A stretch of 51,806 nucleotides of DNA, counting the filler, from Trypethelium eluteriae (taxonomy: Eukaryota): the NCBI GenBank assembly GCA_051942245.1. It is 2 parts of 2 records of this genome, joined end to end, with 100 filler letters (N's around TTAATTAATTAA, not from the genome) between each part and the next. Parts side by side here need not be neighbours in the genome. Positions count along the whole stretch, not along the records: positions 1 to 25,887 come from JAVECL010000362.1; 1 more part is not named here. The stretch is one strand, 5' to 3'. The notes beneath the pieces are model-generated. The model searched no databases, had not been told where the DNA came from, and saw nothing but the letters and a program-made list of their open reading frames with translations. Positions 12,527 through 25,200 of this stretch are shown here, one piece after another. Positions within the stretch are counted from its first letter, which is position 1, and each line of letters starts with the position of its first letter. The position numbers and the translations under genes are program-made.

Positions 12527-13786
12527 ATGTCGAAAACTTTTCTCATTACAGGCGCAACTGGTAAGCAGGGTGGTGGTACAGTCGACGCTCTGCTCGCTTC
12601 CCCGGAAGCTTCCGACTCAACCATTCTGGCTGTCACTCGAAACCCGCATTCTCCTGGTGCGCAGAAGCTCGCTTCTAAGGCCAAGAATATCAAGATAGTC
12701 AAGGGCGACTTCAACAATGTTCCTGCAATGTTTGATGCTGCCAGAGAGGCTAACGGCGGGAAGGCTGAATATGACGGCCTATTCTTAGTACAGGTTCCGA
12801 AGGACTTCAAAGGTCAGACACCAGAAAAGGAAGAGCAACAAGGGAAGGCTATGGTAGGTGAGGCAATCAAGAGGAGGGTCAGACATTTTGTATACAGCAG
12901 TGTGGATCGCCACGGTGAGAGGAGCTTACAGAATCCCACGCCTGTTCCACACTTTATCAGGTAAATTTACCCCAAAGCTACCCTGAGCCTTCTCTTTCAT
13001 GGCCTTATGTCTTCTCGGGCCAGCAATCACTTCATTTTCTTCTAGTGTCTTTTCATATTCGTCGATATTGTAAGAGCGCAGAGGTTGCAGAGAAGCCGTC
13101 ACGATGTTATGCAGGCTTGGAATTGCACGCTAATACGATGGGCACTCTCAAACTGGATGCCATATAGTTTGCTCATTCGCGGGACCGTCCTGTCGTTGCC
13201 CTAATTTATTCCCAATGCTAATTAGCGTACGATTTACAGCAAGCACAACATCGAAACACATCTTCTCGAAAAGGCCAAGGACTCAAACATGACTTATACG
13301 ATCATCCGTCCGGTTGCCTTCCTTGAGAACCTGACGCCCGATTTCATGGGCAAGATGTTTGCAACTACCTGGCGTGAGGCACTTGGTGAAGTCCCGCTTC
13401 AGCTAGTTTCCACGACTGACATTGGCATCATCGCCTCCAAAGCTCTATTGAGGCCCGAAGAGTTTAGAAACAGGCAGATGGGTCTTGCTGGTGATGACCT
13501 CAACTTCAACGAAGCCAACAAAATCTATAAAGAGAAATTTGGTACTGAGCTGCCAACGTCTTATGGGTTCTTGGCGAATGGGTTTTTATGGATGGTCGGG
13601 GAGATGAATGCCATGTTCGTACGTTTGTCGCTGAATTTCCTTGCCAGGCTTAAAGTGTGTTAGCTAATGGTCGCATAGAAATGGTTCAGGGATGAGCGGT
13701 ACGCGGCAAACATAGAGGAGTGCAAGAAGATTAATCCTGATATGATGAGTTTCGGGGACTACCTTGTGAAGAAGTTCAAGACATGA
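12527..13786 (+). CDS. NmrA-like NAD(P)-binding protein
   Basis: LITGATGKQGG, HFVYSSVDR, HFI|SK, TIIRPVAFLEN. Introns 12961-13239 and 13619-13678. Confidence 0.93.
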
Positions 13787-13931
13787 GCTCTCGTGTTTCG
13801 CGAATATCTTAGTGGAACCTTCAGGGTAAATTGAGTCGCTCCTTTCGGTGGATGCAATGTAAATACATTACTTACATTTGATCTCGGTACATCTAGTTCT
13901 CATTCCCAAAGTTTCTTTCATAGCAACATAA

Positions 13932-14750
13932 TCATGACATCGCTTCCATTTCTTCTTCCACTTCACTCACCACCGCCAGCAAGGCCTTCACTGCACCTTC
14001 ATCCCTGAAAGGAGAGTGCCCCACCTTTAAACTCGTCTCCCTCACTAGCACCCCCTCCCTCCGCACTGCCTGCACGAATCTCCTCTGCACACTCTCCGGA
14101 ATCGCATGATCATCTTCAAACACCACATACCACACCCTCAGCCTTCCCTCCTCCCCCTGCGGGCCCTTTCCCAGCCCAAGCTCCCGCCATGCCTCGAAGT
14201 TTACGCAGTCCATCATCGCCCTGGCGTTATGCTTCACGATCTTTCTCACCTCCTGTTCCCTGACATCCTCTGGTAAGCCATTGAAGAACAAGTCTCCCGG
14301 ATCCTTCGGGATCATCGCGCCATCCTCGAGCAAAGTCATGCGATAGCTCGGATCCACATACGCCGACGCACAGCTGAAGCCTCTAGGAATCATAAATGCT
14401 GCGAAGTAGACTAGGTAGATGTCTTCCAGGCCCCCGGGGATTTCGCCGCGGCCACCAAAATTCGGATTTAGCGCCTCCGATCCCACGGCGCCGCCATAGG
14501 AGTGCATGAGGAGAATTATCTTACGCGACGGGTCGACGCGTCGGATGACAATTAGCTCGGTGCGAATTACGGCTGCGTCGTCGGCGAGACCAGTAGTGGG
14601 AGAAGGAGGGCTATTGCAAGAACGGAGGTGGGGGATGTAGAGGTCATAATGATCGTTTGCTGAGAGGGCTTCGAGAAGCGGATAGTAGACGAGGACAGTC
14701 TGCCAGGCGCCATGGATGACGATTATGGCGGGTTTGCTAGCAGATGGCAT
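13932..14750 (-). CDS. Alpha/beta hydrolase (methylesterase-like)
   Basis: IHGAW oxyanion motif, HSYGG nucleophile elbow, EDDHAIP Asp and GHSPF His. Intronless. Confidence 0.92.
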   Translation of the reverse strand: MPSASKPAIIVIHGAWQTVLVYYPLLEALSANDHYDLYIPHLRSCNSPPSPTTGLADDAAVIRTELIVIRRVDPSRKIILLMHSYGGAVGSEALNPNFGGRGEIPGGLEDIYLVYFAAFMIPRGFSCASAYVDPSYRMTLLEDGAMIPKDPGDLFFNGLPEDVREQEVRKIVKHNARAMMDCVNFEAWRELGLGKGPQGEEGRLRVWYVVFEDDHAIPESVQRRFVQAVRREGVLVRETSLKVGHSPFRDEGAVKALLAVVSEVEEEMEAMS

Positions 14751-15061
14751 AGTCCAGCAGACGTGTTTGGAAAGTTGAGGTCGAGCGTGTAAGGAAGAAT
14801 CGCTGCCATGATTTTGGTGACAGACGTAGGAGACCTTTCACTTAACTTTGAATTGATGGTGCTACAGAAAAAGGAAAAGATAATAGATCTTCAATTGATT
14901 GCGTCACAATGTTATGCGTACTGGTATCCAAACAGGAAAGTGTTTGTACAAAGCCTTGTAACTTTGCTTTGTCAGCCGCGCCAATTCTCAGTCATCCAAC
15001 AGGATTGGTTATTCAACCTCTTGAGCGTTACCACACCTATACTTCCGTACAAGCAAACGCA

Positions 15062-16897
15062 TTATAGACTATCCTCGCGCCATCGGCTCCTTACGACCTG
15101 CCAACCCTCCCGCTCCTCTTTTCCGCCCCTCTCCTCCATTCCCAAGCCCCGCTCCACCCACTCCTTCGAGCCCATCTCACTTAATCGACTTAACGCCCGC
15201 GCAAATGCAAAACGTTCCTCGTCTCCACTAAAAAGGGAGCTGTCTTTCAGCGCGGCCATAGAAAGGCCGAGGTCGTCCATCATCATGCGCGTAGCGCTAT
15301 CGACGTCTCCAGCCGAGTCCTCGTGGAGAGTCTTCTGAACGGAAGGATCAGAGGAATTGGAAAGGGAACTGGAGAGCTCCTCTTCCGACATGAAGAGGTT
15401 TTGGAGGGGCACGGCGGTAGTGAGGACGAGTTTCGCCTGTTGAGAATGGGCCCAGTTAGCTCAGGGTCTATAGTCAGGTTTGTTTTACCCTTAAGTCACG
15501 CCTTGATAGACCATGTGCGCGATAGGTGAGGGAATGAAGGCGGCTGCCTCGGAAAATATTTCACCTACCCTACTCTCGTACACGGCATCAACAAAAGTGA
15601 TGAATCTCCTTGCCCAATCCCTCTCTCTGTGGGTCATACCCGGCACATCGGTGACTACGAAAGCCTCAAAACTTCGCATGAGCTCTAGATAATCTGCGGC
15701 TCCAGTTGCTCTACCGATGAGCTCCTCAAATGTGAACCGTGCACATCTGCCACTCGCCAGTGGTACCTGTACATCCCTCCCCCATACCCTCAAAACCTGA
15801 TCATGTGGAGGATCATGCTGGAAATCCCCCAGGAATCGAAACCATTTATCAGCATGTGAAGCTGCTGCCTTATCGAGAGGATGATGATACACGCCTGAGG
15901 GTGGTCTTGGGATTTTCCTGTAATCTGTCGTCGAATCGAGATTCAAAACTCGTAGCTGTCGCTGCAACAATGTGATGCAAGGAATAAAACTTTGTCGTTG
16001 GATACCATTCTTGTACAAATCTGTGGGGTGCCTATTACTTGTGGTTACTAGAACGCAGCCATGGCTCATCAGCGCTTCAATCAGTCTTCGCAGAATCATG
16101 GCATCGGCGACATCGGTGACTTGAAACTCGTCGAAGCAGAGCACGGAGCTCTTGTCTGCAATGTTTGCCGCTACAAAGGGTATGGCGTCTAGGTCACTAC
16201 CGTGTTCTATGTGCATTTTATGCAAGTCCTTGTGTACCTCTTGCATGAAGTTATGGAAATGGATACGTGTTTTTGAGCGAACATTGTGAGGTAGTGTATC
16301 GAAGAAGAGGTCCATGAGCATGGTCTTCCCGCTACCGACGTCGCCGTACATGTACAACCCTTTTGGAAGATTGGGTGGTATCTTCATTCCCGACTTCTTG
16401 GGACCACTACCGAAAAGGGAACCGAAAAGAGATTTGTGAGGTTTTAAAGATTCGACGGTAGGGTGTTTGACGTTGGGTGGGTGATACTCGGCAAGCATAT
16501 CGTGGAGATCTTGCAGGGTTTGAATGATTGCTGCCAACCTTCATTAATTTCGTGTTTGATGTGTCTCTGCGTAAGGTTACCCACTGCGCTGGTGCTCATC
16601 GTCTCTTAGTCGCCGTGAGTATACTCGCTCTTCATACTCTTGCAAAGGGCCACGATCATGCGGCTTATCATGTGAGACTGTTGCCAACCCTCTGGCACTT
16701 GAATGTGTTGCACCAACTAGCCCTGCCTCCTTCCATTGGCGAATAACGAGGTTTGCATTTCGGTCGGGTATAGCCTGCGCAGTTGTCGCCGTTCTTCTCA
16801 GGCATGCTGAGCAGATTCCTCGAGATACTTCGCAGGTCCCCTGCCATCTATGAGTGGCTCTGAGAAAAACGCGAAAGTCTCGCAACGCATTGATCAT
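15062..16897 (-). CDS. AFG1: Mitochondrial AFG1/ZapE-family ATPase
   Basis: PKGLYMYGDVGSGKT (Walker A), RIHFHNFM, LCFDEFQVTDVADAMIL, TSNRHP, ARRFITFVDAVYE, EERFAFARALSRLSEM. Two introns. Confidence 0.96.
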
Positions 16898-17635
16898 GGC
16901 GGGTATCCAAAATTCATCATGAGATGGTTTCCTAAAACGTGCCAGATAAGATATACACAGAATAGTTATGCACCATTAAAGGCATGCTTCTCATCCAGAA
17001 TCACAAGGAGGCCGCCAGGCGTTGAGGCAAAAGATGATGGACCGCCGATCTCGGCTTCGATTTTAAATGCACCGAGGTTTCCCGAACGTCCAATTTCGGC
17101 CTCATCGATTCCCTCAACACCGTTTCCAACCAAGATCATCTCTGAAAAATCCAACGCAACTTGATACACGTCTCTTTCGCCATGGATACAGGTCCGCAGA
17201 GAAGGGCAATCTTGGCAGATGAGCAGCTGGTGAAGGTAGCACATCAAATGCTCCACTTTCGTTAACCGTTGCACAATACACTTTCTATCCACTCTAAGTA
17301 TTAATAATCTCTGTTGATCCAGGAACTTCGCCTGCTACGCCAGTAATCGAGACTTCTGTCTGCTAGATCAAGCGGTAGAAAAGACGTCACAACTGCATGT
17401 ATACTAGTCATCTTCAGTGAGTACTCATAACGAAACAGTGCGCTTCTCAGTGTAGAGACACAGACAGTGTAACAGCATATGAGGCTATTTCCAATAGAGT
17501 GGCACCATAGACAGCCACAGATCAATACTTTCCTCTCCACGCGGCCAACTTCACCTCAATTACATCCTAGGCCATGCGCAATTTCTGAGTGCTTATACAT
17601 ACTTAGTCCAACTCCCCAACGATCGATTTTCTCCC

Positions 17636-18735
17636 ATGGCTACTTTTTCCACTTTCCTTAGAAAGTTATTTGTCAAAGCCATCTTCCTCTACTGAGCTAC
17701 CAGGTCTCCTACAAGTCGAAATGTGCAACCACAATTCAAGTTGATCATACCAGGACTTCTATTCCAGACTTCAGACCCAAAGTGGCAGACAGCAGAGACT
17801 GCAGGATGACGTCTGAGCTTGAACCCGAAGTAAGGAGATTTTAAAGCGGCCCACGCCCTCTCAAGTCTTAGGGACGCTAGAGATCTTGACTGACAGCTAG
17901 CACTCTGTCTCGTCGATACAAGTGGTCGTCTTGAAGATATCCTTCAAGTTGTGGACTACGAACAAATCCTACAAGAGTAGGAGTAGGAGCACCATTATAC
18001 CGACCTGGCCTTGCGCCTGTGAAAGACAAACCTGTTGAATGCGAACATTGTCGGCATTCCGTTTTCGGAAACTACGAGTCTCTTGCTAAAGAATGCCTTG
18101 CTTGCAATACTTCCTTCCCTAGTGACGACGTGGCCGAGCTATTCTGCGAGTCATCTTCTGTGCGGACTGCATGATGGCTCTGTTCAATCTGGCTATTGAT
18201 AATAGATCTTCGTTCCTACCTCGATGCGGTGGGCAACCAATCGAATGGGAGAAGTCTCAAACCGAAAACTCAATACCTTGGCAAATGTTCGTCACTTGCA
18301 TTCGTCAAAACCTCAGAAGGGATTCGATGACCAAACATGAAGTCTCTGCGTCAGATCGAAACTTCTGAAAGAATCCTGAGTCCAGCGCCTTCATCCCGCC
18401 CTTGGACATCCAACGTGGCGATGGTTCACACGTGATGGGCTCCCTGCATGGCTTACCAGAAGCGCGCACACAAAGGGGGTCGTCCGCTGGACCCTGACAA
18501 AAGCCAAAGTTAAAAGAACTTGACGCTTAGCCTCCAGGAACGGGTGGAGACAATACAGAAACTGCAAGAGAACCGTGGAACTGACACATTCCTTCGACCG
18601 AAATCCGGTAACGTCGTCTCTGCCTTCGCCGTATCGATTCTTTGGCAAATGCGTGCCTTTATTTCGCCCCTACGCTGGCGAGACGATCTTTGGGTAGTGA
18701 ACTGGCGTCTATCGTCAGCAATGTTTATCGGTTGA
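17636..18735 (+). pseudogene. Decayed RBR (RING-IBR-RING) E3 ubiquitin ligase
   Basis: Across frames in 18080-18670: ECLACNTSF..LFC/HLLC..DCMMALFNLAIDNRSSFLPRCGGQPI; DRNF*KNPESSAFIPP; PLDPD; LASRNGWRQYRNCKRTVELTH; CVPLF. Collinear with fungal IBR-finger proteins, but with lost Cys, stops and frameshifts. The 5' limit is uncertain. Confidence 0.75.
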
Positions 18736-19197
18736 TCATAGTATGCTGGGGGGAATTGCTTTCCCTCACTCTGATAAAATATATCAATATAATTAATGAG
18801 GAAAATCTAATAAAGAGTGAGGTGATAAGCCGCAGGTGTGGCAAAAAGACCACAAGAAACCGGGCGATGGGAAGGGATCAAGGGGAGAATAAATGCGCGT
18901 AGTCACTCGGTCGGTGCTTCAACGTGAATATGACAAGCCCAATCGCAGCTTGTCAGGACCAGAAGCACTAAGTTGTAGAAGCCATAAAAAGGTAGTAAAG
19001 ATGCTGGCTGGTGCAGGGGCGGAATTCATTGTGCTCAGTGCTGGCAGTATCTGATGGAGGTCCGTTCCTGCTGGTAAACTTTTCCGTACCTGTCTGTATT
19101 AGTTGGCAGGAAGAGAGCGGAATACCTCAGGGAAAAAGAGGTATATGCGATGTGATCTTATACAATTGTCGATGAATGAGCAGTCGGCCTTCTTAGA

Positions 19198-21141
19198 TCA
19201 CGCGAGCCACACTGGTGATGAATTCCCCCAAAAGTATGAGGGCACGATCGATACCCTTCCCTCCGGGCGATGGTCTGTTGTGCATATGTACACTGAGAAG
19301 CCCCAAGTCATTCCACGGAGGACCATCATCCACCATGCCTCTTCAGCTTGTTCCAAGCTCAACGGTGAGTGTCCGTCCCCTTGCCTTTGTAAGTCCTTGT
19401 ATATCTTCCCTTGCTCCACAAAGTCAACGTAAGACCACGCAATCTCATACATATCTCTCATGTTCAGACGTGGACTTCGCTCTTGATGAATGCTATAGTT
19501 GAGTCTGCGCTTACCATGGTCAGGTAGTGCCCTATCGCGGGCTGCGAGCGCAGCGGGAACGGCCATTGAGCAGTGTGCTGAGACCAAGTTGCAGTACAGG
19601 CTGCCATTGTGGTCAGTCGACTTTGTTTGTAAGAGCTCAGAGAAGTAACGCTGTGTTTTCTGGAAGACACCGTTACAGTATTCTGGCAGACCCGTTGGTT
19701 TCGAAGCTGGAGTACGGTAGTAGTCTGCGTGCGAAGCCCGGGTTGTCGAGTAGAATTCACCGTAGAAATCTTTCTCAAACTTCTGCATAGCGTGGCAGAT
19801 CCAGACTAGCTTGCTATCCTCCGGCAGGTTTCTGGTTCGCTGCTCGAGTCTGTACAGAAGTGCGAGCCGCGCCTCCCAGTACGTCATGCAGTTAGTTGGC
19901 GATAAGGACAAGAAGCCTCTGAACCCAATGTAGGCAGCAGAACATCCTGTTAGCGGCATGAACGGCGCCATGAAGAAGATAAGATCGTTGAAAGCAGTGC
20001 GTCGCCACACCTCAGCAAAGCCTGGTATGAACTTTTGCAGGTCTGGATGAATCAGTGCATCGCGAGCGGACTGCTCTACGCTAAGATACATGAGGATGGG
20101 CAGGATGTTCGGAACCTTGCGTTGTCCGTCAAAAAGCTCAAAGTGATCTTTTTGGATAAGCTCTGTATCGACAGGCAGTATGCCGCACAGCATTTTGTCA
20201 GAGTCTGTGCTTGGGATATACGCAATCAACGGCTGCTCCTGTATCTCGACACCAAATCGAAGCACGGTGCCAACGCCGCGGATCTCGCTGGAAGTAACAT
20301 TGTACCCGCCACCATCTGCTTGCATCCGGGCATTACCAGGCTGCAGCTCTCGCCAAGTCATACCCATTCTCATGACTAAGACGACAATATCTCCGACTGT
20401 AGTGAGGGCGAGTGGGCGGACAACTTCGGGTGGGTTGAAATCCCATGTTTGTAGCCTATATGCAACGGCGGCTGTAGTTCTTCTTTCTACGAAACTTGAT
20501 CGCGTTTGGAGTGAATATCCTATTGCCATTGAGCAAGCGCACTCAGCTGGCCAGTATGCTGTATAGACGTTGTGCAGCACCTGTACAAGAGTTTGCCAGT
20601 TCACAGCCGAGCCTAAGGCGACATCGATGGAGGGTGTGTTTGGTTTCGGTCCCGAGCCTTGTTCCCAAGTCTTGCGGTCGTAAGTCTTCAAGCGGCTGTG
20701 GGCAGTGCTCTCTATCGCATTTGTCTGACCAGCACGTTGGCCGAAGAGTGTTCTCCATATACTTCGATAGCGATAGCTCTTAGGGTCCGATTGAACTCGA
20801 TTCAGAAAGCATACGAGGCGTCGCTTCTGTTGTTCTTCCAAGCCAGCATCCGTCAGAAGCATGATCTCAGGTGTTTGGTAGAGGACTTCATATCGGAACT
20901 AACCATGTCAACATGAAACATCAGTCACACCGACTTGAAAGTATACGTCACTGACTTCTCGCCATATCCACCTGCGATGCCTTGTCGCGGACCACGGGCC
21001 GATGATCTCTTCTTTACAGTTGCGATATCCTTGAGCTGTGCTGAGGAGCTGTTGCGCGGCTTGAACGAAGCCATTGCACAGCGCAATCAATGATACGACC
21101 AGCGCCACCAGTGCGAGCTTGTCACTCTGATCCAATGCCAT
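19198..21141 (-). CDS. Modin (Podospora MOD-A-like) family protein, about 628 aa
   Basis: N-terminal TM LALVALVVSLIAL then QQLLSTAQGYRNCKEEIIGPW..RRRWIWRE|FRYEVLYQTPEI; TWDFNPPEVVRPLALTT; MRMGMTW..ADGGG; C-terminal AWWMMVLRGMTW. One intron, 20899-20955. Confidence 0.82.
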
Positions 21142-22237
21142 CTTCTTAGCGAACAGCGAAATGGAGGCTTTCTCGATGAGTGCAGAGACTTGCCGGACTT
21201 GAGTATTCGTGCTGACCAGACCAGATTCCAGATCGCGTGAGGCTGAAATGACCTCTGCGTCCGACTAGAACATGTCCGAGTTCGACACGGACCACCACAC
21301 CCTAAAACCTCTCATCTCATCCGGTTTGGTGGTTTAATATTTGCTCATTTTGCCATTCGCTCTGCGAACTTCGTGTAGCCTTTTATAGTAGCTATTGTGA
21401 CACCGAAAATAATTAAGATCAGGGGTGTAGGAAGTGCAGAAGCGTGAGGACGTTGTTATTAGTTGTTGTTGGCCCGTGCGTCAAATTCGGACATTTTCTA
21501 GCCGGCTGTAGAGAACGACAACGACTTAAGAAGCAGACGAAACCGCAAGAGCCGGACGCAGACCAACGAAAAAGCCGACGTCGAGGTAGGCTATAGCAAC
21601 TGCGTCGATCGAGCGCAGACGGCGTCAAGCTTCCAAGTCTCAAGAGACATTATTGATTTGTTTGATCAATAGAAGGCAAAACCTTGGACTTTTTTTCGCA
21701 CCAATGCCTCGAACATAGCCTCTTCTCCTGCGGAGTTTATGGCCATACATGTCGCGTACAGTCATCACTCGTCTCGAGTGACGTTAGATGGCGGGTTACA
21801 ACAACAATATATGTTAGAAATATACACTTCAGGAGGACAGTGGGAATGGTACCATGCTTATTCGTACTAGTCGCGGAAGAAGAGATACAAGCTCTTCTTC
21901 CGCCTCATCTTGAATCTGCATCTAGTCATAAGCGTCACGAGTCCTTCATCATGAGCGCTCTCCTGGTTTCGGCGATGAGAGTTTCATATCGCTCATGCGC
22001 AACGTACTCGATTTGAAAAAGGCTGAAAAGTACCCAAACGGAGAGCTCCAGCACAGCAGCACTGGACTCCGTCAAGCCCATGGTCAAAGATTTTTGAGGT
22101 TCGGTAAACTCAAAATCCTCAGATTCAGTACGAAACTAGTTCTAAGCGAGGGTGGTGCGATTAAGATAGTTTGAAGCACAGAACGCACGATTCGTAGCAT
22201 CTAGCCAATCCTATTTTCTAGACCGATCCAGGGATCC

Positions 22238-25200
22238 TTATTGCCTCTGTGCTAAGGACCATCTCCGTCTAGATTCTTCCACCCGCTCCAGCTTCTGGGT
22301 TCTCGGCTTCAGCTTCCCACCAGTGTTAAAATGGAGACTGTCCTCCCAAATGAAGCAAGTCAAACAATTGGAAAAGCCCATCTTAATCCACACCATCAAT
22401 ACACCGTGAAGCTGCCGGGGATCCAGAGTCGGAATTAGAGAATAGAATTCTTCGCGGTCTGCGAGCGCGCGAAAAACATCCTCCAACACTCGACATCTCT
22501 CATGCTGAAATAGCGAGATCAGTATCCTGACCACTGTTTCTGAAAGCTTGGACTGCCGGCTTAGCACTTTAGCAACAGCATCCTGCACAGCATAATTTTC
22601 GTCTTCGAGTAGTGGGATCAGTGTTTCGACAACTGGTGCTGACAGGTGATTCTGCCCGCCCAGTGCGTTAACAAAGTCTGGCCGCAAATTGGACTCCTTG
22701 TGATGGAGCGATCGAGTTAAAGTCTCAACCGTCGCTATAGACAGGTTCCTCTGCCCCCCGAGCGCCTGAATTGCGCCTCTCTGAGTCCAGATCTGCTCGT
22801 GTTTGAGCAGTTGGGTCAGGCGTTCGACTCCACTTCTAGGCAGCTCAGTCTGTACTCCCAGCGCCCGAGAAACGCAATTTATTACATCATAATTCTTACT
22901 CTCGAGCAGACTGATTAAGGCCTCAACCGCTGATTCAGGCAGGTTGATCTGCTGGCCGAGCACCTCAGCTGCTCTCCTTTGCGTGTCGGGATCCCCGTCC
23001 TGGAGTAGTTGGGTCAAACGTTGAACCATTGGTACTGACGGGTTGGTACGTTTCCATAAAGTGAAGGTAGCAGCATACCGTAGCTCGGGCTCCTTGTGCT
23101 GGAGTAGTGAGATTAGGGCCTCGACTGCTTCTACTGGTAGGCTAGTCCGACCATTAATTATATCAGAAAAACATTGCTGCAATTTAGGCTCCTTGTGCCT
23201 AAGTAGTGGGAATACGATGTCCACTTCAGTATAGTTACTGCTGCGGCAAAGAGCTTTAGCAGCGGCATTCTGTACGTTGGAGTTCTCATCCTGAAGTAGT
23301 CGAATCAGGCGCTTGAGCGCCGATTCGGTTAAGTTAGTTTGTACGCGTACCATATCACTAGCAGCGCATCGTATATGGGATTTCTCATCCTGGATCAGCG
23401 AAATCAGGCGCTCGACCGCTGATACTGGCAGGTCAGTCTGGCGGTGCAAAGCGATGGTGGCAGCATAGTGCAATTCAGATTCCTCATGCTGAAGCATTTG
23501 GGTCAAAGCCTTAACTACCGGTACTGGTAGGTTAGTTCTAACATTTAGAGCCTTAGCAGCGGCGACCTGTACGTCAAGGTTTTTATCCTGAAGTAGTTTA
23601 CTTAAACCCTCAAATGCTGAAACTGGTATGTTGTGCTGTTCATGCAGAGCTTGAATGGCAGCATTCTGTAACTTAGGCTCCTTATGCTTGAGTAGTCGGA
23701 TCAGGAGTTCGAACACTGACGGTATGTTCGTATTGTGGCAAAGAGCCATGGCAGCATCATCCTGCACGTTCGAGTTTTGATCCTGAAGCAATTGAATGAG
23801 GTGCTCGACTGTCGGCACGGGTAAGTTAGTAATATTCGAGCGGAGTATAGTAGCCGCAATATGCGGCAGCGGCGGCACATTCCGGTTTTGGTCCTGAAGT
23901 AATTGAATAAGGCGCTCGATCGTCGGTACGGGTAAGTCAGTAGCATTGCACTCAGTAGTATTGAAGTAGAGTATCTCGGCCGCGAGACGCTGCACGTCAC
24001 GGTCCTCATCCTGGAGCAGCTGGATCAAGTGATTGATCGCCGACACGCTCAGTTGGCGACGTTCTTTAAAGGCGCTCTTGGATCTCAGTAGCACGGAGAT
24101 GTATTCGCGTGGAATTAAATCGAGAAGATTCTCCCCAGAGATCTGAGTGTAACGGGATCCAAGAATCCCAGATGCAGCATTCCAAACGTATTCATCATTT
24201 GAGCCGAGCATCTCCTTTACCAACTTCAAAATTTCGGGTGATATGCTTGGCCGGTCCCTCAAGACCGACAAGACTTGGCTTTTCTGAATATTAGTACCTT
24301 CTAGCCAGGACTCGACAATCCAATCTGGACATTCTATTTCTCTCATCAAGTATGTTGAATTATTGAATCTTGCTTCGAATCGTGTCCATTCCAAGTATTG
24401 CTCCTCCAATTTTTGGACTTTAGATCGAAAGGTAAGGTTCAACTCTTTGCGGTCGAAAACTTCACTTAAACAATGAATCGTCAGTCTCTGATGTGTTGGC
24501 CCTAACATGTCTAGCGGCTCGCCCCCAAGCACTTCGAAAAACTCATCAAGGAGGTCTGGCGCATTTATTCGAAGCAAGCCAACGACGAAACGCCAGAATA
24601 TGCCGTAGCGGATATTATACTTCTCATTTCTCAGGAAGTCCTCTGGTTCCATCTTAATAATTGATACTTGTCTGGCGGGCGCTTTCCACTGATCCACAAA
24701 ATATTTGGCAGCAAAAAATTCCTGATATGTGAGATGCAAGAAGTGATAGGTTCGGTCGCGGGGATGGACAGAGTTGTCAGACGAACGCAAAAATGACATG
24801 TGTAACAGAGTGCCATCTGACATCTTCAGTCCATCCAGATTTACCCTGCTTATCTGGTCCATATCAAATTCATAGATCTCGTTACGAAGACCGTCGAAAG
24901 CCAGCTTTCCAAGAAGACTGAACTCCGCATCGATGACGGACAAGAGATCGTTGGTTGGATAGCCTTGAAGTTGCTGCTGAGTGATTGTTTCTCCATTTGA
25001 GTTCTTTTTGCTTAGCTTCGGGATATCTTTTTCACACAGTTGTCCTAGAATTGCCCAATAGAGTAAGGACATAGTAACATGGCCGTCTTGAAAGCGTTTC
25101 GCACTCCAAGCATAACAGATCGCGTCCAGCTGGATTGGTATTTGGGCCAGGCTCTGGACCGAGGAATTCCTTTTGGTCAAGTCTCGAATATCCGACAGAG

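Noticed and set aside
12961..13239. Long NmrA intron as a snoRNA host or 24-nt cassette exon
   Set aside because: No clear C/D or H/ACA boxes, and no good branch point for the internal AG.
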